From: Chrysomallon squamiferum
Taxonomy: Eukaryota > Animalia > Mollusca
Assembly: GCA_012295275.1 (NCBI GenBank)
Contig: CM022673.1
Coordinates: 13,082,001 to 13,146,000 of the forward strand
Direction: 5' to 3'
DNA length: 64,000 nucleotides
The translations under genes and the position numbers were made by a program. How positions within the stretch are numbered: position 1 is the stretch's first letter; each line of letters opens with the position of its first letter. Below are positions 1 to 13,788 of the stretch, piece by piece. Under the pieces are notes generated by a model. It did not search any database, was not told where the DNA came from, and saw only the letters and a program-made list of their open reading frames with translations.

Positions 1-190
1 TGAGCATAAAAATAAACATAATCAAAATAGCAGTAACAATAAGATATTTCCCAAGCATTTGTATATGAAAATAAACATAATCAAAACAACAATAAGAATT
101 TTGTTAAGCACGTGTATATGAATATAAACAAGAAAAAAAAAAAAAAAAAAAAAATGAAAGATACATTTTTTTCCCAGCACATTGACATGA
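1..190. repeat. Degenerate ~55-65 bp tandem repeat (3 copies)
   Basis: Recurrent aaataaacataatcaaaa...aataaga...agca...gtatatga. Confidence 0.55.
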
Positions 191-493
191 TGTGAACACA
201 AGTAAACTAATCAGATACATTCTCACACTGTTAACCCTTTCAACTTTACGAGACACACGCCATGTTGGTCGGTCGACTCCAGACTCCCAATATTAGCATG
301 ATCCCAACGACCAGTTTGGAGAGCTGGCCCACGAAATCCCCTCATTTCAATTCAGCAGGCAGACTTGACCTGCAGTTGGCCTTGCCTGCCCTCCATGATG
401 AAACTCTTCAAAGTCAACTCACAGCTGTCTGAATAAAATCACCATAAACACAGTGACAAACTTCACACGGACGTTGTGTCACAGGCTCCGCTG

Positions 494-810
494 TTTGGAA
501 ATCATCAAACAGTGGCTTGAGACCCCAGTTTCAGAAAGCGACTTCATTGGTTTGCGGGGGAAATTTAGAGCGAAAATTGTGTTGGCTTTTTGAAATTATC
601 AAAGGGTGGCTTGAGACCTATCAAATATAACTTCATTGGCTGCAGAAACCTCAAAGCCAGGTTGTGATGACTTTTTAAAATGATCAAAAGATGACTTTGA
701 GACCTCATTCAAAATTGACTTTGCAGCTGGGCAGAAACTTTAAAGTGAGACTCTGAGACCCAATATATGACTCCATTTCTTACAGACAATTTAAACTGAA
801 AATTGTTTAT
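494..810. repeat. Degenerate ~85-95 bp tandem repeat (3-4 copies)
   Basis: ttt(g/a)aaat.atcaaa...gcttgagacc...acttcattgg recurs at ~494, 589 and 674. Confidence 0.7.
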
Positions 811-829
811 GTTACATAAAAACAAATGA

Positions 830-905
830 ACTATTTCCCAGTCTAGCAATGCTCCATGACAGTTTACATCAAATAATGATTTCATTCCTGTTTGTGGTAA
901 AGCAC
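830..905 (+). mobile_element. Highly decayed SINE fragment
   Basis: ctatttcccagtctagcaatgctccatgacagtttacatcaaa...tcctgtttgtggtaaagcac aligns loosely with the copies at 50200 and 36900. Confidence 0.35.
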
Positions 906-1344
906 AGGAGGTTTGTTTTTATTAAAAGATGTTGTTTTTTGTTTTCAAGGGAGAAAATGTTATAATAAAAAGATCTATAAACTTTAACTGGGGTTTCTGA
1001 ACAAATGAAGCTAACTACAGTCAAGAAAGTTATTGTGTTAACAACATGTTTATATGTGAAGACTAAACCAGTTGATAAGATAGGACAAAACAAAGAAAGA
1101 AAAAAAAAATGTATTCAGCCATAAGCACCTGCCAAGCAACAGGGTATCACTTAGAATTTTTAAGATTTTTTTGTTTAAAAACACAATTTGCTTATATAAG
1201 TATATACACTTTACACTTCATGTCATACGTTGACTGATGGACATGGCTGGAGGTGGTTCTAGACACAGCAAACAAAATACCAGTGAAAACAACACATCTG
1301 TACACATGAAGGCTATGGCCTACAAGATACCATCTGGAGTCTTA

Positions 1345-1680
1345 AAATGAAAAAGTAAGGGACAGTGAAAGAGATAGAGAGAAAAAAAAAGAAAGAGGGA
1401 TAGAAGGAGAAAGAAGGAGAATGAGAGAAGGAAATAGAAAAGGTAAAGGGAGAGATAAAGAGAGAAAGAGAGGGGTGGAGAGACAGAGAAAGAAAACAGA
1501 ACAAAAGGTTACAGAAACCAGAGAAAAGAGAAACAGAACAAAAAGGAGATACAGAGAAGGACAGAGACAGAGAGAAACAGAAAGAGAAAATGAGTGACAG
1601 AAAGACAAACAGAAACAGAAGAAGATGCATGGAGAAACAAAGAAAAAGAAAAGAGAACAAGAGAGAAAGAGAGACAACAA
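1345..1680 (+). repeat. Purine-rich (GA/GAAA) low-complexity tract
   Basis: ~330 bp of mostly A/G; source of the spurious F/S/L-rich minus-strand ORFs. Confidence 0.85.
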
Positions 1681-3669
1681 TGAGATATAATTTTTAAAAA
1701 TAATAATGATAGTCATTTATAAAATATGGCCGATTACTCTACAATGAAAATTACTTCTGCATCGTGTTTCCGCCATTGTTCTGGTTTTTCCCAGAGCAAA
1801 CTGTGACCTGATGAAGTCGTGGAGGCCCCTGTGGGAACTGGCAGGAGGGAGCCCAGTACAATGTGAACCCGAGTCAAAGGAATTCAGCAGAAAGGTGTGT
1901 CACTGTACACCATCATTCATCAGATGTCCACATAAAGGTGAAATCAATTGGGGTGGGGGAGGTCATCCGATATCGAGATTAAAAATAAATAATTTATTTT
2001 AGATGTGTAATAAATGTCTATTACACACACACACACACACATCTATGTTAGGGTGTGGTGAATAAATCCACTGATGAAGTGCTTTGTTTGTAAACTTATC
2101 AATCTAGTATCAGTTCCCAATACAACCCCTCCAGGTTATTTTTCCCATTCCTATGAAGGCTCCTAACAACACAAAAGTGTATTGAGATCTCTCTGTTATA
2201 CAAAAAAAAATTTAATCTTTCAAAAATGAAAGATCAGAATAATTAGAAAATAACCAATGTTACAAACTTTAATATCTTTTCTTCATTTTCTTTTTACATT
2301 TTAATTTAATTTTTAAAACAAAATCCATTATAAATGCTGCTATTTAAAAAAAAAAAAAAATTTTAAGAGAACATTAACTGTAAAATGTCACTTTAGATGT
2401 TTTTGTTGCAGTTTTCTCTGACTAACATGGCAATAATTACAGTGAAATTCTAAACAAATCCAGTTATTTACTGGTGTAGAAACAATCAATCAATTTTCAT
2501 TTGTAAGAAAAAACAATCGCTGATAAAATCAAAAGATTTTTGTTAAATAAACACATCTTTCTTATTTCTGGCAAAGACTTGTTTATTAGTTCTGTCAAGT
2601 TTTTTAAAAAAAAGATGTTACAGAATGGTTTATTGTAATTGCTAGATGAAACTATGACCAAAATAAATAAATAAATCAATTTACATTAAATATCATTTGT
2701 TTTATAATCATTTTTTCTTCTTCTCCCAAAATAGATAATTTTAAATTTGGAATTAAAATGAAAGTTTAATCATGTTTCTTAATTGACATTTTTTTTCCTT
2801 TTTAAATTTTGTTCACTTTTTTTTACGTTAATTAAATTTAAATATTATATAAGGCTGAAAAAGTTGTTTTTTTCCACTTACTGAAAAATATAACTTTAAA
2901 AAAAATGTATCTTAATTTTTGCTTCCATATACAAATGTGTTTATGTATGTATGTATGTATGAATGTGTGTTCATTTTCATGTGTGTTTAAGTGTGTGTGT
3001 TTGTGTGATAAGTATGTGTATGGTTGTATGTGTATCTAAAGACAAAAACACACCAAAAAAAAAAATTCATTCAACCGATGTTTTTCTTTTTAAATTACAA
3101 GAAGAGATAATTAAATTTTCTATCAGAAAACAATTTTCAGTTTTGTGGAGTCTTGAACAAAACCATCACGAAACAAAATGAATTCTTTTTCTCTCCCTGT
3201 ACCAGCAGTGCCTTGCTGACAGCAGCATCGTGGACACACCATGTACAACAGCAGCACGCAAACTGCTACGAAACCAGCCATTGATTTTTCACCTCGTGTT
3301 TTCTCTGCAATCACAATTCAATTCCAGAATTCTTCTTCTTTTTTTTTTTTCCTTTCTGAATCACTTCCTTCACATTGCGCACTGTTTGACACCAGGTGAA
3401 ACAAGTCAATTCAGAAACAAATATTAATTTCTTTTTATACGAATCCATCATTTCCAGATCACCAGTTGAGAGCTTTATAACATTTTTTGTTTCTTTTTTT
3501 TTTTTTTTTTTTTTTTTGTTTACAAGTACTCTGTATGCAATATGGCTCTCAAAGGTTATGGTTAGTGCTGCCTTGTCTAAAAGACATCTTTCTGCTAATT
3601 AAAATTTTAATCTATTAATTTATCAGTTAATGTACAGTGGTATGTAACTAAAATAAGCTTACAGTGTAG

Positions 3670-3855
3670 TTCCAGTAGGTTTCTATGCAACCAAAGAACT
3701 GTGGTATGTGTTGCCATGCATAAAAGATCCCTTGCTGCTAACAGTTCTGAGGTTAAAGTGTAGCAGTAGCAGGTTTCTTCTTATAAAGTCATTATGCATT
3801 ATACATTATGCATAAAAAAAACCTACTCTAGAGTGTTGTTAAACATACATTCATT
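3670..3855 (+). mobile_element. Decayed SINE with Nin-domain-like core
   Basis: caaagaactgtggtatgtgttgccatgcataaaagatcccttgctgctaa resembles the mollusc Nin-type SINE core as I recall it (GGTATGTG...GCATATAAAAGATCCCTTGCTGCTAA). It shares motifs with other copies in the window. Confidence 0.65.
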
Positions 3856-5447
3856 ATCTCAACTATTACATAACATTAAATGACTGACAGATGACAAAGA
3901 TGGTTTGCTTACTCAGTTTTATTGCCCATGGCAATATACCTGAACAGCTTCAATATATCAGATATGTCCAACATATAAAACTGCAGTAATATATACAAAT
4001 ACATTTAATATATATATGTATATAACATTCTACTTTTTTTATTTTTCACATATTTGAAGTTACTAAATGTTTTAAGGTTGAATTTCTTTCTTTCTTTTGA
4101 GAACTTATATGTATATATTAGAGATTATGTACCCATGGATTGTTTTTTGTGTAGGTATGTGTCTTCATGCATGTATGTACTTGGCATGTATGTATGTATG
4201 TATGTATGTATGTATGTATGTATCTGATTATGTACATCTAGACAGACATTCTACCTGTTCTCCACATGCCTGCAGAAAAACGACGAGACGAAATTAAATT
4301 AAACAGATTTGAGATAACTGCCGACAAGATTACAAATGTGTTGACTTACTGTCCACTCAGACAAGCTGGTCAAACAATAAACTGGACTTTCTGGCCTTGC
4401 AAATGACCACTGGAGATTTACAACTCCAGCTTAACACAAATACGATTACCATTGTCGTCTCCAGGGTCTGCAAATGGCCACAGGTGAATCGACAATCCTT
4501 TCCTCCCCACCCTGATTAACCTGTACAGACTGACCATTGTCCAGCCCAGTCAAGTGTGTCTGCACTGCACACTCCATTTGACTGAACAAAAGTCAACAAA
4601 GAGTGGATGAGATATAATGAATGCAAATGGAAAGGTAAAAAAGGAAAAAAAAATCTTAATGACACCCCAGGATAGCTGTCGCGGTCTGGTGAACAGACAA
4701 AACACAAAGGCAGTTATTTTTATTGCTTTTTAAAACATTCTTATTTTATTTTCATGTCAGGATAAATCCTTGTTTTCAAGCCCGTCTTCGTGAAAAGGGA
4801 AATTTCCATTCAGGTTTTCAATAAACTTTTAAAATGCTGTCCAACAATTTGATCATTCCTGATGATGAAATTTCAATAATCAAATTTCAAATAATCCAAC
4901 AAAAATGAGTTTAAGAACCAACATTTACTTCAGGAGCAACATGTGGATTGGGAAATGAGAAGACATTTTAGGGTAGAATACAGTAAAATGCACTTAAGTT
5001 GGACCTTAATAATATATATTCATGCTTGAACTGATTTGTGTTCAAGCCATATATAAATAAACACAAATATAAATGATGAAATGTGTATACAAAATACATA
5101 CATACAGATACAGAAACACACATGCATACACACACACACTACCATACTCAAACTACAAACAATGTCTCTCTCTCTCTCTCTCTCTCTCTCTTCCCCTCTT
5201 TATCTCTGTCTAAATGCCATATGACATAAATGTACTAAACTGAACTGTACGAGTGGTTTAAATAAAAGATTGATATATATCAGTATTCAGCACACCACAC
5301 CCAAACCTCTGAGCATAAACTGTGCAAAGATAAATTATACAAACTGATTTTTATCTTTAATGTGTTATTGTTGGCAGACACATTTCATAACTTGTCTTTG
5401 GTTTATGGCCTTAATTTGTTTCAAGTGTAGTGCTTTATCTTGAACAG

Positions 5448-5683
5448 ATAAAATAAATAAATAAAATAAAATAAAATAAAATAAAATAAAATAAAATAAA
5501 ATAAATAAAATAAATAAATTATAAAATAAATAAATTATAAAATAAAATAAAATAAATAAAAATTACAACATAATTAAAAAATAAATAAATAAAAACATAA
5601 GTAAACATATAAGTAAAATATTAGTTTTAAAAAAAACATTTAAATAAACAAAAACAATATATAAATGACACATCATAAGAAAA

Positions 5684-5714
<31 letters not shown>

Positions 5715-5715
5715 G
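5448..5715. repeat. (AAAAT)n/(AAAT)n microsatellite tract
   Basis: Direct observation. Confidence 0.9.
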
Positions 5716-5969
5716 CACACAAAGAAAGAAATGAACAAATTAAGAAATATAATAAAAACAAATAAACATGTCAGAGTTTTAAGTCCAACATAATCTAAAC
5801 TAAGCTAATGACCTGAAGATAGCCAGTGGTCAGCCAGTGTCACTTTCAGCTGAGATGTCATCCAGATAATCCTCTTAATGCTAATTATATCACACACATA
5901 ATTAACACTTGTCACATTCACGAAATCTACTCAGACTTAGTCTTGTATTACAAAACACCATCTTTTATT

Positions 5970-6062
5970 ACATGGATAACAATGGATTGTCTTAACTTCT
6001 CGGATAACAATGGTCTTGTTATTCACATAACAATGGATTTATTACTGGTACAACAATGGGTC
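5970..6062. repeat. Short tandem array of AACAATGG-containing units (23-28 bp period)
   Basis: AACAATGG at 5978, 6006, 6029 and 6052. Confidence 0.75.
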
Positions 6063-6209
6063 TATTTCTTGTATAACTCATTGACTTCTTGCTTTGGATT
6101 TCAATGGGTTGATTTCTTACTTTCAAAGATTTACTATGACATGAACATATCCACTGCTGCCTCATAATCTTGGCATCTAGGCAATAAACTATATGAGAAA
6201 TAATAGATA

Positions 6210-6985
6210 CATTTTTTACAGTAAAAGCTTTATTATATGATCTGGAATCAGTGATTTTGCTTTATGAATTAACAGCCAAAACAGATATACTTCCACAACA
6301 AGAATTTACTATATAATCGTCATTTTGCTATAAAACACTATTATAAATCCAATTACAAATAAGTATCAGTACCATAACAAATAGGCTTTAACCATGACAA
6401 TTATAGGCCCATGACATGCATGTCTTAACCATAGTGAAGAATAACCTCTGTTTTGTATTTACTAAAATTAAAATCAATGTTTTTATTTTATTTTCCATCT
6501 TTTCTGTTTTAGACTGATACCCAACGCTTCTGACCAGGGAAGTTTTGCCTGAACCATAAGCAAATAACTATGTTAACAATTTAACCTTGACCTTGTTACT
6601 GTTGATATTGGATTAATGGATTGGGCTTATTATACAGTATTTTTTTAAAACCTAGCAATATGTCAGATTAATGGCAGTTTTCAAAATGGACGTTATTGCT
6701 TCTAGATGGTATTTTCTGGTTTTTATGGCCCACTGTGAGATAAAATATTGTTTTATGACAGCCAGTATGATAACAGAATAACCCACTCAGGATGCCACAA
6801 TATTCTCTTCGAGAGCGGCAACAAAATTTTAGTGTTTTTATATCGATGGTGTTTAATACGTTTTATTACCTATCTGGTAGATATATGATATTACTTGTCT
6901 GGTGAATAGATCATTACTGTCACCTCTGACATCACCCACTTAGTAAGAATGCCAGCAAAGAATTCTGATTATTTATTTACTAAAA
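6210..6985. mobile_element. Probable old interspersed repeat (non-autonomous DNA element-like), family unassigned
   Basis: Non-microsatellite block (aatattctcttcgagagcggcaacaaaa..., tataatcgtcattttgctataaaac) that resembles a gastropod interspersed repeat from memory only. No TIR or TSD resolved. Confidence 0.25.
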
Positions 6986-9900
6986 ATTAGTGTCAAAATG
7001 TATAGTCAGTTAATTCTGTCTGTCTGTCTGTGTGTTTTTGAGTCTATGTAAATATGCTGTCTATTCTGTGTATATTTACTTACATACTAACAAAAATAAA
7101 CCAAAACCAGAAAAAGATATAGAAAATCTGACATATTTAAATCAATTCCTTTTTTTTTTTTTTTAAAACCAGAAAAAAAAAAAAAAAAAAACAGACCTAA
7201 TCATATTCTTCTTTATTTAAAAAAAGGAAAATTAAAAAAAAAAAAAAAAAAAAGAAATTAATAATGCTTTTCCTTATTAAAAAAATATTTCTAAACATAA
7301 AAAAATTAAAGATACCCTTGTGTATATCCAAAAAAAAAAAACAATTACTAAAAATATTCTTTAAAATAAAAAATTAAAATCCTCTTCCAGATTTAAAAAC
7401 AATACCAACATTATTCATAAATTCTCCCCTGTCCCTAAATATGACGGGAATCAAAAACTCTTCGACGTTTCATCCGATGAGCTCGGAATCCCACAAGTAA
7501 TTTGGGTCTTTGATATTTGACAAGTTATTCATTTATCAGGACAGCATCGGCCCTTAGATTTCCCTGGCTACAATTCAAATCACTTTCTTGTTTAACAACA
7601 TTCTGAACTTCATGCCTAAAGAGAAAGAATATTGATCATCATAATCGTAATCATGGCAATTCCTGTTTGTCCAATAAACCGTAGATGAAAAGATCTGACG
7701 ATAAGAAGCGAACAGGAAAAAAAAATTGCCTGTTGGTTCACGGTTCACGTTCGGGTGATAATTTCTACTTGATCATATCGCACTGTGTTTGGATATGCCG
7801 CAGAAATAATATGTTTTCTCCTCTGTGCACAGCCTCAGTGCTGTTGGATGGTTTTGTTCTTTGGTTTTTAACACAAAGATCGTACACAAGATAAATGGTT
7901 TCTATCTGCTGGTAAAATTGCAATATGTGGTATAAACAAATGGTCCCTGAAGATGAAATGTAATGTGTGTGTAAACAGGTGGTTTGAACAGAGAAATGTA
8001 CCGTACCTGGTATAAACAGGATAAAAATTCAATATGCTTTATAAGGTGGCCTCTATAAATAAAATTAAGAATGTGGCATTAAACAAGTGGTCTCTGTAGA
8101 CAGGTTATAATGAATTACAGTCGACTGTTATCAGTTTAACCATTCAAGTCTTTAATTTACTGACTTTATCTGGAAATGATTGCACAGGTTACAAGATAAA
8201 TGTTGATAACCTGGTTTATGAGGTCACTTCGTATTGTAGTGCCCAGAGATATCTGCCAATCTACATTTGTTATTAATGAATTCATCTAAGCATACAAACC
8301 AATACACACCCTCTTCCTAAATAAACTTTTGTCATTTTATTTTACTTGTGTTCCAGGCTTGGATGGACACTTTGATTTTATAATATTTTTGGGACATACA
8401 AGTATGCTATTACCTATACTCACACATATACACAAAAACACACACATACATGTACAAATATACTGAGATACAAACACACTACTTCCAATACAAACAACAT
8501 TAATTCGGTAACGAGCTAAAATAAGCTGGTGATAACAAAAAGACAAGCAGTATTTTCCATGCTTCCACAACACAACACAACAGCAGCAGCACTTTGACAG
8601 CGTATTGATCAGGGGAAGTCCCAAGTGTGTTTGACAAAGTGATGACACCAATGGAGAGAATTATGATGAAGCACCTGTCTGGTACTCTGACAATTCTTCA
8701 ATCTCACATACTCTCTGCTGTATAGCCAAGAGCTCGCAGCAAATTTAAATATTATGCATTGAAGATAGTAAAGATAACATCGGCCCATGTTTAGAGATAA
8801 GAAAGATTCCGTTGACATCATTAAGGGTGAGATGCATGATGTAACCTGAGACTGCATCTTTTGTTTTACCCTTTATGATGTCTGTAATACCAAAAGATGA
8901 TACAGGACATGGTAAATATTAAAACAATAATGTAGTTATTTCATGATATTTAGTTTAGAATAAAATGGAAATTATTTAATTAGAATAAAAGACCTGTGGT
9001 GTGATGGAGAATGTAGAAAAGAAAACAGGAAGAAAATAGAAAGAATACAATGATGCAGATAGGAAGAAAGAACCAAAGATAAAAATGTTAAGAAAGAAAA
9101 GAAGAGCCAAAAATGAAAGAAAGATAGGAGAGAAAGAAGGAAAGGAAAAACAGAGAGAAAGTAAAACATGGGATTTATGCTGACAGACAATCATTAAACT
9201 TTCCTCATTTTATTTCTTTACTTACACAGATCAGTCAAGATTAAATCACACGATGACAAGGTTATATTTAAAAAACAGTCATATTCAACAGCACTGTGCA
9301 CAGTTGTGACACAGACCGATCACTTTAAATACCAACCAGCAAAGCAAACAGAGTAAGAAAAACAGTTTAACACCGTGGTCGCAGAGTCCATTGGCACATT
9401 CCATACACCGCGCATACTGGCTTAATCCACCTCTCCCAGCGACCAACAAACCGTGTTGGTTTTTCTCAAACCAATTTTCGTCTTCTCAGTCCTCAGATAC
9501 AAAAGATTTTAGCATCGATGTTAGGGAAGAGTTTAAACATAATCCACAGCGCTTAATCCAGGCAAATATTTGATGTTGCCATCATGGGAACTTTGGAAAA
9601 TGTAGCGCAGATTCTCTGAACAAATTTAACTCCAGAGTTGAAATGTTTAGCTCTGAGTTGTCTTTTTTTGCTGCTTTTTTTTGTTTTTCATTCTTTCTCT
9701 AAAGAGTACAGAATTACTATTTAAATTTGTCCTTCTCTTTTACTGGATATGAATTGGAAATTTGTATCAATGCTGAAGAAATAATTGTTTGTTTTATTAA
9801 AACAATTATAGAAATTCATTAAACCTATTCTGACACTTAACTTGTTCAAGTTTTATGTTTTTTGGAATTCATCAAAATGTGATTTCTCAAAACTATTAAA

Positions 9901-11635
9901 TAAAAATTGCGAAGCAGGGAAATGTAAAAGTTTAAAAATAAACTGCTAATCTTTTTCACACTTTTCTTTTAGGAGGAAAAAAAAAAAAAAAAAGTTTTTT
10001 TTTATTGACAAAGTTCCTAGATGTAATAAACTGAAAAATGTATAGAGAATGAACAAGTTTTTAAAAGCTAGAAAAAAGTTTAGCGAAATGTGACAAATAT
10101 ATCAACAACAAAAAGTAACATTTTCCAAAGATTGCACCATAAATATTCTAACCCACACCAGAACACCACTGACATTTTCAGCAGAGGGGAAAAAACAACA
10201 ACAACGTTTTAACACTCTCAAACAGCAAGTGAAAGCCGAACTGATTGAATGTATGAAATATGTGTTCCACAGTCGCTGGTACATCAATGCAACAAGCACC
10301 GCACTTCACTGGTGGGCACAGAGATCAAGGCAAAGAGCCGCAAAAGGCGCAAAAGACACCAAAATGTAATTAACGAGAAATGAGAAGTTTTTAACCTCCC
10401 TCTTTTATAAAGCGATGCATATCTTAGCAGCAAGACCTCGCATCTAACGAGCTGATGAAAACCATGGGACAGGTTGAAAATCAATTCCCGGAAAAACTCT
10501 TACGAAATCTGAACCTCGAATGTTGGGAATCTAGACACTTGGAATATGCCAGGAAGCCATGACAACAAAAGCGGTTTTTGGTTTTCGACTTAAACGGTTT
10601 GGCAGACGGGGAATTCCTCGTTTGGTTATTTTACTCACGTGTTGCATAACAAAGAGAAATGAATTACAAGATCTTGCAGCGATAAAAGGTTTAGAGGAAG
10701 CCAAACCTCATCATCGTTCTGTTCAAAAGATAAAAACGTTGGAACAAATTACGAGTCACCAGACTGAAGAATTCAGACCCCCAGTTCTGGCGTTTCAAAG
10801 ACAAGATGTCACAAACAGATTCCAAGTGAACAGGCAGATCTGCATATCAAGATCGGATGTTTAACGAAAATTAAAAATTTTCAAATAACCAGAAAAGTTT
10901 TGAATATCTTGATTTTTAGGTTATTTTAAAAAAATGAAATGATATGAATAGTTTCGTACCAAATACACACAAGTATTTTTATTCACTGTTGTAATTTTAA
11001 AATGAAACTGTATTTTTCACTATTTAAAAAAAATATATATCTGTATTATTAAATCATATGTAATTAAAATAGTATTTATCTGTATTTCTTTTAGCTAAAA
11101 TATATTTGATTACACTGAAGGATTTTAGAAAAAATAGGACTTTTCTATTTTTTTTCATAATTTAACTGGGACAATAGATGTTGATTTCTAGTTAATATTT
11201 AAATTTAACATTGCTGTTCAAAACAATCCATTCATCTGACTGATTTTTTTATTCTTTGAAAGAATCAGAATAAATTTAAAATGTCATCTTTTGATAAATA
11301 GGGTTTTAATTTTAGTTTAATTTACTTTGTGTAGGCTGATAAACCTTCTTTATATACAGACAAGTGTAAGTATATTTTATAATCATAATACATGAAAAGT
11401 GTAAAATGAAAAAGATAAAAAAACAATTATAAGAAAAATATGAATAAAGTAAAGTAAAATAGGTAATGTAATTTAATGTATAAGGTATAATATGTGATTC
11501 ATTAAAATGAAAATATAATAAATATATATAAACTTTTAAAGAGTGAAAAATATTTCCTTTTCTTGAAAGGTTATTAAAACAAATAATCAGGATTATTTTA
11601 CTATCTGATTTGTTTTACAGATCAAAAGCTGAAAT

Positions 11636-11802
11636 ACATTTAGATTAATTTCAACATTTAGAATAATTTATACATTTAGATTAATTTATTCATTTAGATT
11701 AATTTATACATTTAGAATAATTTCAACATTTAGATTAATTTCAACATTTAGAATAATTTATACATTTAGATTAATTTCAACATTTAGAATAATTTACACA
11801 TT
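11636..11802. repeat. 18-bp minisatellite (ACATTTAGAWTAATTTMW), ~9 copies
   Basis: Near-perfect tandem copies of acatttagattaatttca / acatttagaataatttat. Confidence 0.9.
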
Positions 11803-13697
11803 TAACCTGGTCAATTTAACCTGCATTCCAGTATACTGGCTATTATTCAGAACATTATATCATTTAAAAGTTGATGAAATGTATTAATAATTTTCTCTCT
11901 CTCTCTCTGTCTGTCTCTCTCTCTCTCTCTCTGATTCATCTTTCTCTTTCCCTCAAACACACACACACATATAAGAAAGTAATACTCTTGATGTACTTTT
12001 CGATATTTACATAAACTATTTGTAAATTGGTCTCATGATGCAGTTCATTTTCCTCGCAGACTGTAAAATTGCAGTACTGATGTGCAGCTAACACAGAAGC
12101 CAGCCACTAGTGGGAGAAAAAAAAAAAACCCGAGGAATTCTACCAATGCAATCACTTTGATTATTACTATTCCAAACAGGTTTGAGAGAGAAAAAAAAAA
12201 AAAAAAAAAGAAAGAAAGAAAAAAAACAAAAAACTATCTTTCCACCGATCATAAAGTATATGAATGGGTGGCTCTTTTAACAAAGGGCAATAATTTGAGA
12301 CGAAAATAAAAATCTTCTCACTGTTTCCGTTGGCTGTCGTTAAAGCAGGGTTGACGTGGTACATTATTATTTTTTCTCTCTTTTTCTCTCTTTTTTTTTT
12401 TAATGTTTTGTTATGCAGCTGTATTGATGTTTAACTTCGCATCACTGGATGCACCAGTGAACATCACTGGCTATGCATCACCGATTCCTACATTATCGCT
12501 AATGGACACTGATAAATTAATCAATACGGAGTTTCATTTGCAAATGAAAATGAAAACAAATCTATAAACATGGACAGACTTCAGGGTGTAAGCAGCTTTA
12601 TAGCAAAATAATAAAGCAGATTATTTCTTCAGAGGTTTTTTTTTTTTTTCTTCAAAGGAATGAATCTATTTTTGATTTATTACCACTTATTTATTTGAAG
12701 AAAACAACGAACCGAATAGTTATAAATTTTCTTTTTAATAGTTCTGGGGTTGTTGGTTTTTTTTTTTAATTAAGACTACTTATTTATTTAAAAAACTTAA
12801 TGAAACTGTATGATTTTGTATTTTGTTTCTAAAAATTATGATTTTAAATTATTACTACTTAATCTAAATACTATGATAAATACTATGATAAACATATATA
12901 GATATATATATATATATATATAAAGATAGGATAAATGAATAAAGATTACAATTTATACTAATCAGGACAATTAACTTTTTACTATATATTATACTGGACA
13001 GATTATAAATATATTTTTATTTTAGTCTGAAAGAAAAGAATGAAGATCAAATTTCCTGTTTCCTCTACCAACATACATCACAGAACAACACAACAAGATT
13101 ATAGATGTTTGCCTTTCAAAGTTCAACATGGACTTTTGTCAGTCAAATAACATCACCCTGCCCCCCCTCTCTCCTTCACCCAACCTGCACACACACACAC
13201 AAAAACCACTAGTCCAACATTGGCTGGGGTAAACAAAGGGGGGCTAATCTCTCCCTCAGGTACACTTCTAAGCAGGGTCTGATCTGGTGGGGGTAAACTT
13301 TGCCTGGAAAATCCTCTATTAATCCTTCTTGCTGTTGGTTTAACCGTTTGTGAGAAAATTTTCAAATAAAGAAATCTATACTTTCCAAGTTGACAGCACA
13401 TTGTCTGGCTGCTACAACAAGTTTCAGTAAATATTAACACTTTTTTTTTTTTTCCTCACCAACTGAGTGGGTGTCCCCCACTTGTATATACAAACATCTT
13501 CTTTTTTTTAACTTTTTAAACTTTTTTTTTAAACTGCCAAATTGCTAAGATGTGTTATACAGATTTGTGATTTTGTTAACTCTTTAAAAATCATCTGCAT
13601 ATTTGTGTATGTTTTTAATTGTTATGTCTCAACATACATTAATATCATCTGAAGAATATTCATATTTAATTATGATTTTGTTTATGTTTTTTTAATT

Positions 13698-13724
13698 TTA
13701 TTATTATTATTATTATTATTATTA

Positions 13725-13756
<32 letters not shown>

Positions 13757-13788
13757 TATTATTATTATTATTATTATTTATTATTTTC
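13698..13788. repeat. (ATT)n microsatellite
   Basis: Direct observation. Confidence 0.9.

Noticed and set aside
240-440. Candidate ephrin exon 2 after the minus-strand acceptor ttttattcag (~429)
   Set aside because: The phase-2 continuation hits TGA within 4 codons and has no ephrin motifs.
1313-1716. F/S/L-rich minus-strand ORFs, and similar ORFs at 8972, 13911, 27418, 28533, 31582, 34186, 36612, 40331, 51858, 57388
   Set aside because: Translations of microsatellite or low-complexity tracts, not membrane proteins.
10430-10490. Hammerhead-ribozyme-like string: ctcg/cgag hairpin, CTGATGA, aacc/ggtt hairpin, GAAA
   Set aside because: The cleavage triplet would be GAC (no U16.1), stem III cannot form, and there is an extra A before stem II.
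10559-10864. 101-aa non-repetitive plus-strand ORF
   Set aside because: No recognisable domain, antisense within the ephrin intron, and its length is compatible with chance in a higher-GC island.
12439-12485. Short inverted/direct repeat catcactgg...ccagtga...catcactgg
   Set aside because: A 7-bp stem is within chance expectation and too short for a pre-miRNA.
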